This document shows, piece after piece, positions 1-43,936 of a DNA stretch of 64,000 nucleotides. Both the position numbers and the translations under genes were made by a program. Each line of letters starts with the position of its first letter. The stretch's first letter is position 1. This DNA comes from Tubiluchus corallicola (taxonomy: Eukaryota; Animalia; Priapulida), in NCBI GenBank assembly GCA_030141605.1, contig JAQGDQ010000459.1, positions 1 through 64,000 of the forward strand, in the 5' to 3' direction. The notes beneath the pieces are model-generated. The model was not told where the DNA came from. It did no database searches and was given only the letters and a program-made list of their open reading frames with translations.

Positions 1-1452
1 TACAAAATGTTATCTACACTTGTTTCAAATGACTTATCGTCAAAATGGCTGCGTTTAACAGTCATCGTGGAAGTTTAAACTTACATGTTTTATACAGTGT
101 TACTGCCGACGCAAATCCTGCGTGCAAAAAGGTAGGATGTAAATGGTATAAAATTTCAAGACGGATTTTTTAAGCTGAACGTAGGTGGAAGGTTTTCTTG
201 TGATTTAAAATGCCAGTTCATTTGATGATGCTGGCAAAGTTTTCATTGTGTTACTATGTGACTAGATAATTAATGTTAAACTAATTACATGAAACAACCA
301 GTGGTGAGAGAACAAGCAGTGATAAAATAGCAAAACTAGAACAAACTTCCGGAAAAAAATTAATAAATCTCGGCCCTTGCATGTCAAAATGATGTAATCA
401 TGCGTTTTTGCATCACGCCTTATCTGTCTTTGCTCTCGGATATCAAATTGAAATTCATTTAGTTTGTTACGACATAATTACACGGCACCCGTCAACTCTT
501 TGCATTAATCATAATTTGAACATTTTCTTTGAATTGCTCACGGTCCATTCCAATTGGGAATTAAATGTATCGTCTTCTACTAATGTTTACTGTGGCATTT
601 GTTGAATCGATGCCTTTGCGGTTTGATTTTATAACGTGGTTGAGACCTCTTTGTAAACAAATAAATGTGCAGATAAACAGACAGACAGACAGTCATACAA
701 ACTGTTATATTTGATTACCTTTTTGTAGTTTGTTGTAAAAGTGTGAAGTAGCTTGTTTGTTAATTAATTTGTTAATCAGCATTAAAGTAATATTTGAAGT
801 TTCTATTTCCTTGTGCATTAGTTTATTTCTGGTTGATCAAACTTAAATTTAGTCATCTTATTAAGATAGCATCTTTGTTTAGGTTTTTTGATAAGAATTT
901 AGATTGTTTTTGTAATTATTTATACTTATTAATTGTTATTTTCAATGCTTACTAAATAAATAAATAAACTTTTATTTCTTCTTCAAATAATTAAATTGTG
1001 GAAGTGCTTGTGTCGTTAGATTTTGCTGTGGTTGCGGGCAGGGACGCACGACCCGAGGATCCACAAACAATGGTTCTGCAACTGCCCGTGGTCCTCAAGC
1101 TAGGGACCTCGAAGGGATAATAAAGTACAACTCTTATTTGGCGTGATTGTGACTATGAGGGACCGCCTAGCTTGTGCATGCAGTGGCGTAGCATGGGTTA
1201 CACTTAGATTTGCTTATAACTGCAAAGTTTTTACGAACTGTTGTTGAAATCTTTATTGAAACCCCTACAATCCCCAAGAAATATGTTCTGTGATTTTTTG
1301 TTTTGTTTTACACAATATTAAAACAATGGTAAACATTTTCTGAAGCAGCACCCCTACTAATTTTAGAGCCGCCATTGTTATGTAATTCGCCTGACAGCCA
1401 CATTGTCGTAATTTCAACTTTTGTCATATTTTACATTTTGTTTTGTTTTTAG

Positions 1453-10653
<9,201 letters not shown>

Positions 10654-12188
10654 TGGGCATCGTGAGAAGCTTTTGTATTTTAAATCAGCCTTATCTATAC
10701 TCAGACGACGTGAGCAGTATTGTAATATCAGCCAACTGGAGCTACCTGATCATGAATTTAAGTAATTGCTTTGTACATTTGTTGTTTTATCGTAAAATCC
10801 TATAATATCATTTTTAAGGTGACAGTAAATATTTTATTATACATTTTAATATTTTTTACCCGGCTTTCAATCATTAGCTGTGTGGCAAAGGTGGCAAACT
10901 GTTATGGCGGCAAGTTTGCAAAGCTTGCAAATCTGCCAATTACTTTTAAATGAAAATTACGAATGTCGAGAACAGTAGCACCCGTGTAAATGATTAGCCA
11001 ATGTTTTACGTATTATTTTTTTATGAAGTGAATACTAATTACTAATATTTTAATATACTGATGCTTAATGTAAAGTCCTCAGGCTGTTGAATTCTAGATG
11101 CTCTATTGTCAGTTAACAAATGTTTTTACTGTTGGATAAAGATTTATTGTGAAAGAATGCATTTTGCCTGGAATTATAAAAATAATGTGGAATATGTCTT
11201 TAGAAATTTACTTGCCTCCAATAGCTTGATTAAAATGGTAACAAATTGGGTCTTTTCTGTCAGCAAAGCAGTGAATGAAGAAATTATGAAATTAGGAATT
11301 TTGTTCTGCGTATTTGAAGTTTTGTTTAATATCCTTTTGGTGAAACTTTAATTGATTACTGAATGTGTTAAGTATTGTTTTTACAAAGTTTCGATTGTGT
11401 AAAATTGTTGGTAGAATGCACCATAACGTTCGTGAAACTTCTGTTTTAAGACAGTTTCGTTAGTAGATTATTAAATTTTACATACTAAATAACAGCGTAC
11501 ATATACTTCTGTGCGGTTTTGTAATCTGCCTACTAATTATGATGATGGCTTCTTAAAAGTAGTAGAAAATAGGTCTGCACAATTGTGTAAATAAAACTAA
11601 TGTGGAAGGGTGTATCGTGTTAAATCACCACAAGTGCTGTAACACTGTGCCATATGTATCGTGGGAATTAACATTTGTAGCTTTAAATGCTTATGTGTGT
11701 CTATTATCGTATATTAATTCACAGTATTCGGTTTCTTTTTGCACATCTGAAGGTTGTAAAATAATGGCGTCTACTGTAGCTAGTTTGAATTTATTGATTA
11801 TGATGTAAAAATCTCAGAACTGTGTGGTCTTCACACTTGCCGCTCTATGGTCTATAGGTTTGTCTGTTTTAAAATCATACTTGATCGAAGCACTTTCTGT
11901 TTGGAGTCAGGAAATAATTTTTTTTACTTTCTTTACCTCACATTTGTGGCATGTTGTTACGTAAATGTAAATTGTTTGTTAAAAGTGGACAGAGAATTTA
12001 TCTCAACGTTATGCACAATGTTATGAGATCTCTGCCATGTGCAGTCTCTCATTGAAAATGTTTACATTCTTCATCACTGTGACACATGTCTCTCTTCATC
12101 AGTGTCGTCATAGTGACCAGTGCCAAGCTGTGGATACTAGTTTTGTGACATTCGATTCAGCTGTAGGTTAACAGTTGCTTGTGCAATG

Positions 12189-12194
12189 AATAAA
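12189..12194 (+). terminator. Candidate PKD polyadenylation signal
   Basis: AATAAA (second at ~12208) followed by GT-rich sequence ~1.5 kb after the stop; other AATAAAs exist. Confidence 0.4.
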
Positions 12195-12272
12195 ATTAAT
12201 CAATTATAAATAAATGTGTTGTATCTACTATCGTTGAAATGCCAGTTTTTTATAAACTTTTGTTATGCGGCG

Positions 12273-12835
12273 AAGGGTATTGTATCTCGCTCGAGTACGC
12301 CTTACAGGGCAGAGGGTATTGTATCTCGCTCGAGTGCGCTTATGGGCAGAGGGTATTGTATCTCGCTCGAGTACGCCTTACGGGCAGAGGGTATTGTATC
12401 TCATTCGAGTGCGTTTATGGGTAGAGGGTATTGTATCTCGCTCGAGTACGCCTTACGGGCAGAGAGTATTGTATCTCACTCGAGTACGCCTTATGGGCAG
12501 AAGGTATTGCATCTCTCTCGAGTGCGCTTATGGGTAGAGGGTATTGTATCTCGCTCGAGTGCACTTATGGGTAGAGGGTATTGTATCTCTCTCTCGAGTG
12601 CGCCTTACAGGCAGAGGGTATTGTATCTCGCTCGAGTGCGCTATGGGTAGAGGGTATTGTATCTCGCTCGAGTGCGCTTATGGATAGAGGGTATTGTATC
12701 TCGCTCGAGTGCGCCTTACAGGTAGAGGGTATTGTATCTCGCTCGAGTGCGCTATGGGTAGAGGGTATTGTATCTCGCTCGAGTGCGCTTATGGGTAGAG
12801 GGTATTGTATCTCGCTCGAGTGCGCTTATGGATAG
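12273..12835. repeat. 37-38-bp minisatellite, ~15 copies, intergenic
   Basis: AGAGGGTATTGTATCTCGCTCGAGTGCGCTTATGGGT. Confidence 0.95.
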
Positions 12836-13833
12836 AATTTATTATCAAATGTAGCAGTTATTGCTCATAATGCAGGAGAGTAATGTGTCCCTGTTTGAGG
12901 ATTATGTGCACATGAAAATATTGCTGAAGCATTGCTGCAAAATTAGCGCACAGGGTGTGGGTGATTAATACATGACCTCTAGGGTGCTGGCACATGAATA
13001 TCATCTTTACCACCATTAATTAAATACCAGTAGTATCTATTTTTACAATTAAATTAGAGTATTTGTTTTAGAACTCACTACCTATTCATGCTTTGACATA
13101 TCTGTAACTTTACTGTGGGTGCTTGATAAATAATTGTATTATTTATGGCAGAATTATCCATTGCAAGCAAAACTAGGACAGGTTACTGGATAGATGTTAT
13201 TAGCTTGTTTTTCACCTGTTGTAAAAATTTCTTTTCTGGAACTTGTCATTTCTTTATAATTTCTGATTGTAGTGTCATGTATTTGCTGTAGGGCTGTTGT
13301 TGGTATATAAATATAATTAACACATGTAATAAAAATGTTACACTTAAACTAGTCGTCTTGAAATTTGTGTTTTTTACCTTTTCGTAAAACGTAAACCAAT
13401 GTGCAAAACTGAAACTGCACTAATAACAAAATAATCATGTCGACAAAATATAATGGTGAAAATAAATCACTTTATTTGAAAAATGTGTCACTAAGTCACA
13501 TGATTTGAAAATATATAATACATTACGGTAAATAAAAAGGATCACACGTGAATGTGGATTAAATTTTAACGACGTATAAAAACAAGTGAACAACATAAAC
13601 ATCTGACACATTTTATAAATCGTGACAAATAACAACCGTGATCAAAATACCACTGCAAAATAATACTCGTTCAATTTACGGCAAAAATTTTCTTCATTCG
13701 CTAGTAAGTTATCCACTCATTTCAAGCACGAATTGAACTTTTGATTGGAGGAATTGTGTAGCCCCGGACAGAACAAAGTAGTCGAGTTCGATTAAAAAAT
13801 CCAGAACAACAGATGGAAAATACAAACAGAGCT

Positions 13834-14504
13834 TTAACTTCTTCAGGACCGCACCATTCAAGATAGGTCTTATAAGACATGACTTTTCCGCTACTGTATG
13901 AGAACAGACATAACTAAATGATTATAAATTAGGTACTGTTCTATTCAAGACAATCTCGGCTGTCCAAGCATGCTATTTGTTTGAACATTTGTAAGTGATC
14001 TAATTGGATAAAATTAAGAAAAACGCCATTTTCAGCCTATTGAGTAGCTTAGTCTAGTGTACACCTGCGTGACCGTACACACTATTTTATTGATTGCCTG
14101 TTTGCTACAGCCTAAGGTGTGCAGTGTTCTGCTGCTTTTCCAGGAAAATCAACCGATCAGCCGAGCACAAATTAAAGTCGGTTTCATTTTTTGACAGGAA
14201 TTTCTTTCTAAAAATAAAGTAGACTTGAGACTAAAGTGAATCACAGTGTTTTGTCTGGATAGTTGAAATTTTTTGCATTAGCTGATTTCATACAAATGAT
14301 ACTGTACTTTTCGCCAAAAATCGATTTTTGCTTCGCCTAAGGCAAACAAATGCATTTCATACACAATTCTGCAAGAAAATCCATTGTGAGAGGAGCAGAA
14401 ACCCATAAAAATCATCAAATATAATGTAATCGCTGCCTAGTTAGACAGTTTGTTCATGAACTTGTGCAAAATGCAGTTAACGCTTACGGCCCTGAAGGAG
14501 TTAA
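13834..14504 (+). mobile_element. TTAA-flanked piggyBac-like MITE, family copy
   Basis: TTAA-CTTCTTCAGGACC ... GGCCCTGAAGGAG-TTAA; internal sequence shared with other copies. Confidence 0.85.
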
Positions 14505-15525
14505 GTATTACACGTTGATTGTTGTTTCACAGGTGTTTAAGCAAGTAAACAGTTTTGTTGTCGAAGGCACTAGAATCACAAATTGGACAAAAATTATTCT
14601 ACAATCACAAATAATATAAAAATTATGTCTAACATTATTGCACAAATCCAAAAAAGGAATCGGATTCTATTTCGCCTACATAGTGATTGCTAAATACAAC
14701 TCAGCAAAACTGCCTATTATAATTATCTTCGTGTATCAATCTAATGGCTAATGATAAATTGATAATTACAAATTATCAATTACAAAAAAATAATAATCGT
14801 AACTAACAGCACGAAAAAGAAACGTTAACAATTCTATACACGGCAAACACAAACTATAAATATACTCTTTTAATAAATGCAGCATGATTCTTGGTTAAAA
14901 CAAAATACAATTCTGCAATGTAAGCAAGCAGAAAATTTACTGCTTCAACTCTTCATAGGAAATGCTGTCATTTGATCAGCATAGCAGCTCGCGTTGTAAC
15001 AGAAGCAACAATTTGTTCGAAAAACAATTAGTGTTTTAAAGCTATACAACCTATACAACAATTGCCTTTTGATTTTTCACTGCAACCTGAGTTTACCTTG
15101 GTTTTTTCAACAATAGTTTCTTCCACACCTAATTTCCTATTAACTCAATTTTTGTGAAGCCATGAAAATTACATTAAGCATAATCACAACTCATAATATT
15201 TATCACAAAAGCCAGCACACATTGTGGCTGGAAAAGTAACAATTTAATTTCAAATCAAAATACATTATTGTCAATTATTATCAATAACTTAAATATAAGC
15301 AACTTGAGATGATTTTTTACCTATTAACATTACTTTGGTAATTGAAAAACATTATGAGCAAAATATTATTGAAATTAGCCACTCTCACGGTGATTTTACA
15401 ATGTACGAGGTCCTCCTTTTGGTGGGGTTTCAAAAAATTAAGATCCTCATAAAAGATTACATAAAAGCCTCATTACACAGACATTACCCTAAATGAAATA
15501 CATTACTATTTGGCAAGGCTTGTCG

Positions 15526-38126
<22,601 letters not shown>

Positions 38127-38215
38127 GGAAAACATTTCAATTACATCTATCAACTTTCAACACTATACTACCATACTGTCCGCAACAGCCCATTTTTGTT
38201 ATTTTCTAAGCCGGG

Positions 38216-38246
38216 TGACGCACTGCCACGCATTTTTCAGTCCAAT
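38216..38246 (-). promoter_or_regulatory. SPT proximal promoter motifs (TGACGCA, CCACG, CCAAT)
   Basis: 90-120 nt upstream of the ATG in a CpG-retaining patch. Confidence 0.45.
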
Positions 38247-38369
38247 GATGCAGCACGCCATTTAGTTCTTTCACACTTTAGGTTGTGCTCATCTTGGTAA
38301 ACGAAATGGGAGTCAACGAACCGCTGAACTATTGAGCGAAATAAGTGTACTGCTCCCATGGTCATATTC

Positions 38370-39533
38370 AGTTTCGGGACCGTAAACGTTTGCTGCATCT
38401 TGCATGGGTTCATGAAAAGCAGCTCTCAGTAAGCAACAATTGTGTTATATTTGATAATTTTTGTGGGTTTCTACTCCTCACTAGGGGTGAGCATTCTCTA
38501 CCAGAAAGCGAATTCGAATCGAACCGAATTTGTGACTTTCGAATTCGAATCAAACCGAACTTCAGTGTTTCGAATTCGAACCGAATTCGAATTGCGATTG
38601 AACAATTTTCGAACTAGTTTTCGAACCACCAGTAAAAATTAGTCTTACAAAGATCATGCATATCATTAGATTTTGTTCAGCAATAAAACGACTAGTAATT
38701 TGCTTAAAGTTGTGCGCAGAAATAACAACTAAATTGTGTTAATTGCATGATGTTTCAATCATTTTAATGATCAAGAACAGATGTGATTGAAGTGCTGAAT
38801 TATTTGAATCTATAGTTTTGGATTCGAATCGAGTTCGAACTAAAAAAACTCGTTCGAATCGAATTCGAGCGTTCGAATTCGATTCGAACGTTCGAACTCG
38901 AACGTTCGATGCTCACCCCTACTCCTCACACAATGGATTTTCATGCAAAATTGTATATGTTTACCTTAGACAAATTAAAAATCAATTTTTGACAAATAAA
39001 TTTAAATAAGCTTTCAGTAACTGCAGTGTTTTCACTGTAACAAAGTATAGTATCATTTGTGTGAAATTGGCTAATGCAGAAAATTTTAACTGCCCAGCCA
39101 CAACACTCTGATTCACTTTGGCTTCAAGTCTACTCTATTTTTAAGGAGAAATTGCTATTAAAAGATGAAGAAACGACCTTAATTTCTCCTTGGCTGATCG
39201 ATTGGCTTTTCCTGGAACTCTGTACAGCAAATGGTTCCCTTGGGCTAGCAGGCGATCAATAAGACAGTGTGTACGATCACGCAAGCGTACACCAGACTAA
39301 GCTACTCAATAGGCTAAGTTGGAGTGCCTGAAGAGGACATGCTTGTCTTAATTTTATCCAATTAAATCACTTACAAGTGTTTAAGCAAACAGGGTGATTG
39401 GCTAGTCGAGATTCTCCTGAATAAAACACACCCTAATTTGTAATCATTTAGTTATGTCTATGCTCATACAGTAATAGAAACATCATAGGTCTTATAAGAC
39501 CTATTTTGAACGATATGGTCCTGAAGGAGTTAT
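38370..39533 (-). mobile_element. Same piggyBac-like MITE, interrupted by a nested hAT MITE
   Basis: Colinear with copy 60920-61633 on both sides of the insertion. Confidence 0.82.
38482..38921 (+). mobile_element. hAT-type MITE with TTCGAA-rich subterminal repeats
   Basis: TIR TAGGGGTGAGCAT; 8-bp TSD CTCCTCAC. Confidence 0.92.
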
Positions 39534-39943
39534 AGTGATGAGCCGAAGCTGTCGGAATGAAATTCGAACTTGCCTACATCACGAAATGTCAGGAAGAATG
39601 CGAACCAGGAGTGGGAGTTGATCATTGTTCATCAAGCCGTTAAGATTTGTGTAGCATTACCTCTGAGATGAGAGTCAGAGTTGGAGGTACCTTACTGTCG
39701 GCTATTGTAAGACTTGTACGAAAGTGTTTAGAAGCCAGCCCAGCAAGGCAAAAAGAAGTTAAACACTGCAGGTTCCACTTAGCAACTCAAAGTAAATTAC
39801 TTGTATGCAGAATTATTGAGGAGGCTATAATTAGCTCTTTTATGCAGAACACTAAGATGAGATTATGATAAAGTCATTGGTTAGATGTAAACAAACTTGA
39901 CTTATTATTATAGTGGAATTGACTTGGTGGGAATAGTGCTCAC

Positions 39944-40352
39944 TAGGGGTGACCTTTTTTACCAAAAAATCGAATTATAATCGAATTCGTGACTTTCGAA
40001 TATGAATCAAACCGAATTTTGTTATTTCGAATTGATTTTCGAAAGATTTTCAAACGAGTTTTCGAACCCTCAGTAAAAAGCAATATTAGAAAAACCATGC
40101 ATAGGCCCTATTACTCGATCTTTTTCTGCAATAAAACCACTAATAATTAGTTTAAAAATTTAACACAAAAATCATTACTAAATTGTGCTAATTGTGTGAT
40201 GTTTAAAACGTTTTAATGACAAAAGAATATATCTGGTTGAAGTGCTGAATTATTCGAATCTATAATTTTAGGTTCGAATCGAATTCGCATTAAAAACGCC
40301 TTCGCATCGAATTAGAACAGAATCGAGCTAGAACGTTCGATGCTCACCCCCA
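39944..40352 (+). mobile_element. Older copy of the same hAT MITE
   Basis: TAGGGGTGA ... TGCTCACCCC; TSD not preserved. Confidence 0.8.
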
Positions 40353-40403
40353 TCCGTAATACGCTCGCAAGCACTCCTTAACATGTCAGTGGCATGCCTG
40401 AAG

Positions 40404-40476
40404 CACGTGGTGCGTCATTTCTTTAAGAAGTCCAAATAACCAATCATAACAAACAAATCAGCAGTAAATTCATTGG
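40404..40476 (+). promoter_or_regulatory. Reticulon promoter 1 motifs (CACGTGG, TGCGTCA, CCAAT, ATTGG)
   Basis: Clustered just upstream of the first donor at 40603. Confidence 0.5.
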
Positions 40477-40602
40477 CAATCTGTGAGCTGTCGTCTGGGA
40501 TACCGGTCGTCGTCGTTTTGAATTTGAAACATTATTCAAAAATATTGAATCATTGTTTCTGTCGTCTTTTCATAGTACAGCTACTTTCTGAAGCTAAAAA
40601 CC
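40450..40602 (+). other. RTN: Probable non-coding first exon of reticulon (start approximate)
   Basis: Strong donor cc|gtgagt at 40603; promoter-like motifs just upstream; next acceptor at 41789 lies 7 nt before the ATG. Confidence 0.55.
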
Positions 40603-41796
40603 GTGAGTTGTTTTTAATTTTTTTCTTTTAAAGGTTGGGACATGAATAAACGGCTTTGATTTACTTTTAGAACTTTTCAAGTTCCAACAGCACTTTCAAT
40701 TATTTCTAAGTACTTGTAATTTTGCATGACAATTGGCATATTAGAATAAAATTAAAAATGAATTATGTAAATAAAAGTGAATAGTTGAGTACATTACCAT
40801 AGCTACAATTTCGGGTTAAGTTGTTGTTACATTAGTCTAACTAGTATTAGTTAGAAAAGTTAGGGCAGCTCCAATTGTTTGCGTGTTGATAGTTAACCCT
40901 TGAAAACTCGGATTTATTAAAGTTTTACTTAAGATATTTTATTAAATTGATTTGAAACAATTGAATTTATCGATACGTTGGTATCAGTGGTTTGGACCAC
41001 ATTAAAAAACATTTACTATAGGGATTATATAATAAGGAAAATCTAAACTTTACAGTCGGCCAGTAAGTTTAGTATCCATTGTCAGGCATCACTGACTTCT
41101 ACAGTATTATAAATAAAGTGCTGCGTAATTACAATGAACTTAAAATAACAGCTGTGGTGGAAACTGTCATGTTGCAGCACCATGAATTGTGTGTTACATA
41201 CATACCTTTTTGACTTGTATGACTGACAGCTTACAGCATTTGCATGAAAACATATGTATGAATCCAGCAGATTTTATTGAGAGTAAAATAATGTGATGAA
41301 TTGTCTCTGTCTGTTTTTCAAGAATAGTATCGGTATCTCATGAATATTTAACTACAGAATTTAAAGAGGTTTTGTCTAATTTTTTGTTTTTTTAAGCAAG
41401 AGTTTCTAAACTTAACAACAATAATGAAACAAGTCTAGAACAGTGGTGACTTGGCCCTATGATAGGTTTGATAATGTTGGTCTGTAACAATGCTTCATGA
41501 ACATTGCCACATTGCTATTTGTTTAGATTTGAACAAATTGACATCACGCAATGCTACCATTACTTGTTTAATTGCTTCAGCTTCATATTGGATTATAGAG
41601 GGATTAAGGTCTCTAGTACAAACAGAAAATAATTGTGCACTTACATATTTAATAAGCTGTTTATCAACGGCTAGTAAACTAGCTGTTTTCAGAAACCTTT
41701 AATTCATACAAAAAATCATATATTGTAACTCTTTACTTAAGTTCAAATTTAATGCAATGTCTATTGTTCTTATTCTGCCTCTTTTTTAGTTTAATT

Positions 41797-43936
41797 ATGG
41801 ATGAAAACCTAGAACATGATGTGACACCCCGGCAGCCAGAGCACTTGGTGCAAGAAGCCGAACAACCATCTCCTGTAGACTCACTGAGCTCAAATCAAAG
41901 TTTTGAAAATATCGAGGTTGAAGAGAAAACTGGAAGTACTTTGCCAGAATTTGTTGAAGCAGGTGACAACTTAGTTGATTCTCTGGAAGTAGAGAAACCT
42001 GAACATACAGACCAACCACTGGCAACAAGCGAGGACATGTCTGAGCCCGTGACAGAGAAACAAACAGCAATTGTTGATCCTCTTGTGGACTTGATGTCAG
42101 AAGGTACTGGTGATGAACAAAATGCCGAGAAAAGTTCTTTTGAACCGTCCGAAAAGCCGTTCATTTTAATGGATGAGCCTGTCACCGATGAACTGTCTAG
42201 TGCTCTTGATGTAAAACAAGAACCTGAGGAAGAACTAGTAAAAGAAGAATTTGATCAAGAACCCCAAGAAGAGCCAATCATTACCTTACAACCTGAAGCA
42301 GCTGTAAATTATGGTGAGCCCAGTGGTGTTGTACCAGTACACGATGCTTTAGCTAGCGGCACTGCACGCTGTCTTTCTAAACCTAATGATTGTCTCATAC
42401 AACCTTCTGCTCTTGATTCTATCGCTTCTCCTAATGTGGAATGTAATGCACATTCTCCTATGCAATCTGTTCCGTCTCTGTCGCCTGCTAGTTGTAGTTG
42501 CAGTAGTAGTAGTAATGTGCCGGCAGAATCTTCGGACTATTCAGGACAGACTAGTTCACAGCACGTTTCAGACTTTTTGCCTTCTGAAATTCGGTTGCAA
42601 GAAGTTGGTGTAGATACCCCTTTTTACGTAAGTGAGAAGGTTGATGAGAAATGTGCACTGCAGGTCACTGATTTAGTACAGTCAGAGGCTGTTGAAGAGC
42701 AAGGATTAGCAGAAGAGGGCATGCCGGCTGAAGGCTGGCAAATTGAACTACCAAGGGACGGTGATAAACCAGATTTAGGGTATTGCGAGCAAGTGTCCGT
42801 TGAGCCTGAGGTTGTAGCAGCACAGTCAAAAAAAGAGAAAGTTCCAAATGATACTGATTTGTCTGCTTTATTAGAAGAGGTTGATCAGTTAATAAGGGGA
42901 GCCAGTGAAATGTGTTCACCTGTAAAAGCGAGCACTGACATAGATACTGCACCAGACAATTTTAGAAAATTATGGGATACCTCTGAAATGCTTGGGTCAC
43001 ATAGTTTAGCAGAAACAGGAAGTGAAGAAATAGACACTGGTCCAGACCATTTAGAAACAGTGTGGGATACCACTGAAATGCTTGGGTCATATAGTTCACC
43101 TGTAACGGCAAGTGAAGAAATAGAAACTGCTTCAGACCAGTTACAAACAGTATGGGGTACCACTGAAATAAGTAAGCCACATGATTTACCAGAAACAGCA
43201 AGTGAAAAAATAGGTGATGTTCCAAACCAACCAGAAAGGGTTTGGGGTATCAGTACTACTAAAACACATGGGCCACATAATTTTTCAGAAACAGCAAGCG
43301 AAGAAATAGATACTGCTCCAAACTACTTAGATACAGTTTGGGGTCCCACTGTAATGCTTGGGCCCTACAATTTTCCAGACACAGCAAGTGAAGAAATCGA
43401 TGCTGCTGCTAACCAGTTAGAAACATTTATTCATGACCGTGAGTTAGAACTCCTTGAATCAGAGAAACCAGGTCTTGAATTTGATAAGGGAGAGACAGAT
43501 TGCACTGATTTGCCAGAGCGTAATTTATCAAAAATGAAAATTCCACCTGGGCAGAAAGAAATGCCTGTCATAATTGATTCATTGGGTAAATGTGAATTGG
43601 GTGGCAATCAGTCGGAAATCAGTTCATACAGTTTAGAACCATCAGAAACTGCATGTCCTTTGACCCAAGAAGACAAAGACAATGACGACGTTACTGCTAG
43701 CACTGAGTGTTCATTATCCCACTCTCATTTTGTTACAGATTCACCCATGTTTGAACCTAACCTTGAAGCCGGTATTGAGCCCCACCCTCCAGCCGAAGAA
43801 CCCTTTTCCCACGAAGAAATGAATATACCAGCTAGCGTGGAAGAGGAAGTTGTTGACACTATAGAAGAAAAAGTTCTCCCTGTTATTGAAGCTAAGGAAG
43901 AAGTTATATCAGAAGTGAAACACATTGATGCAGAAG
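41797..43936 (+). CDS. RTN: Reticulon large acidic N-terminal exon (contains candidate exitron 42314-43738)
   Basis: 713-codon open frame, Glu/Pro/Ser rich, GAA G|gtaggc donor in phase 1. Confidence 0.85.

Noticed and set aside
12273-12835. CRISPR-like array (37-bp repeats with a palindromic CTCGAG core)
   Set aside because: Head-to-tail units with no unique spacers, no cas genes, eukaryotic context
38482-38921. Heat-shock elements in the GAA/TTC-rich MITE
   Set aside because: Spacing is mostly TTCGAA without the nGAAnnTTCn 5-bp period; better explained as transposase-binding subterminal repeats
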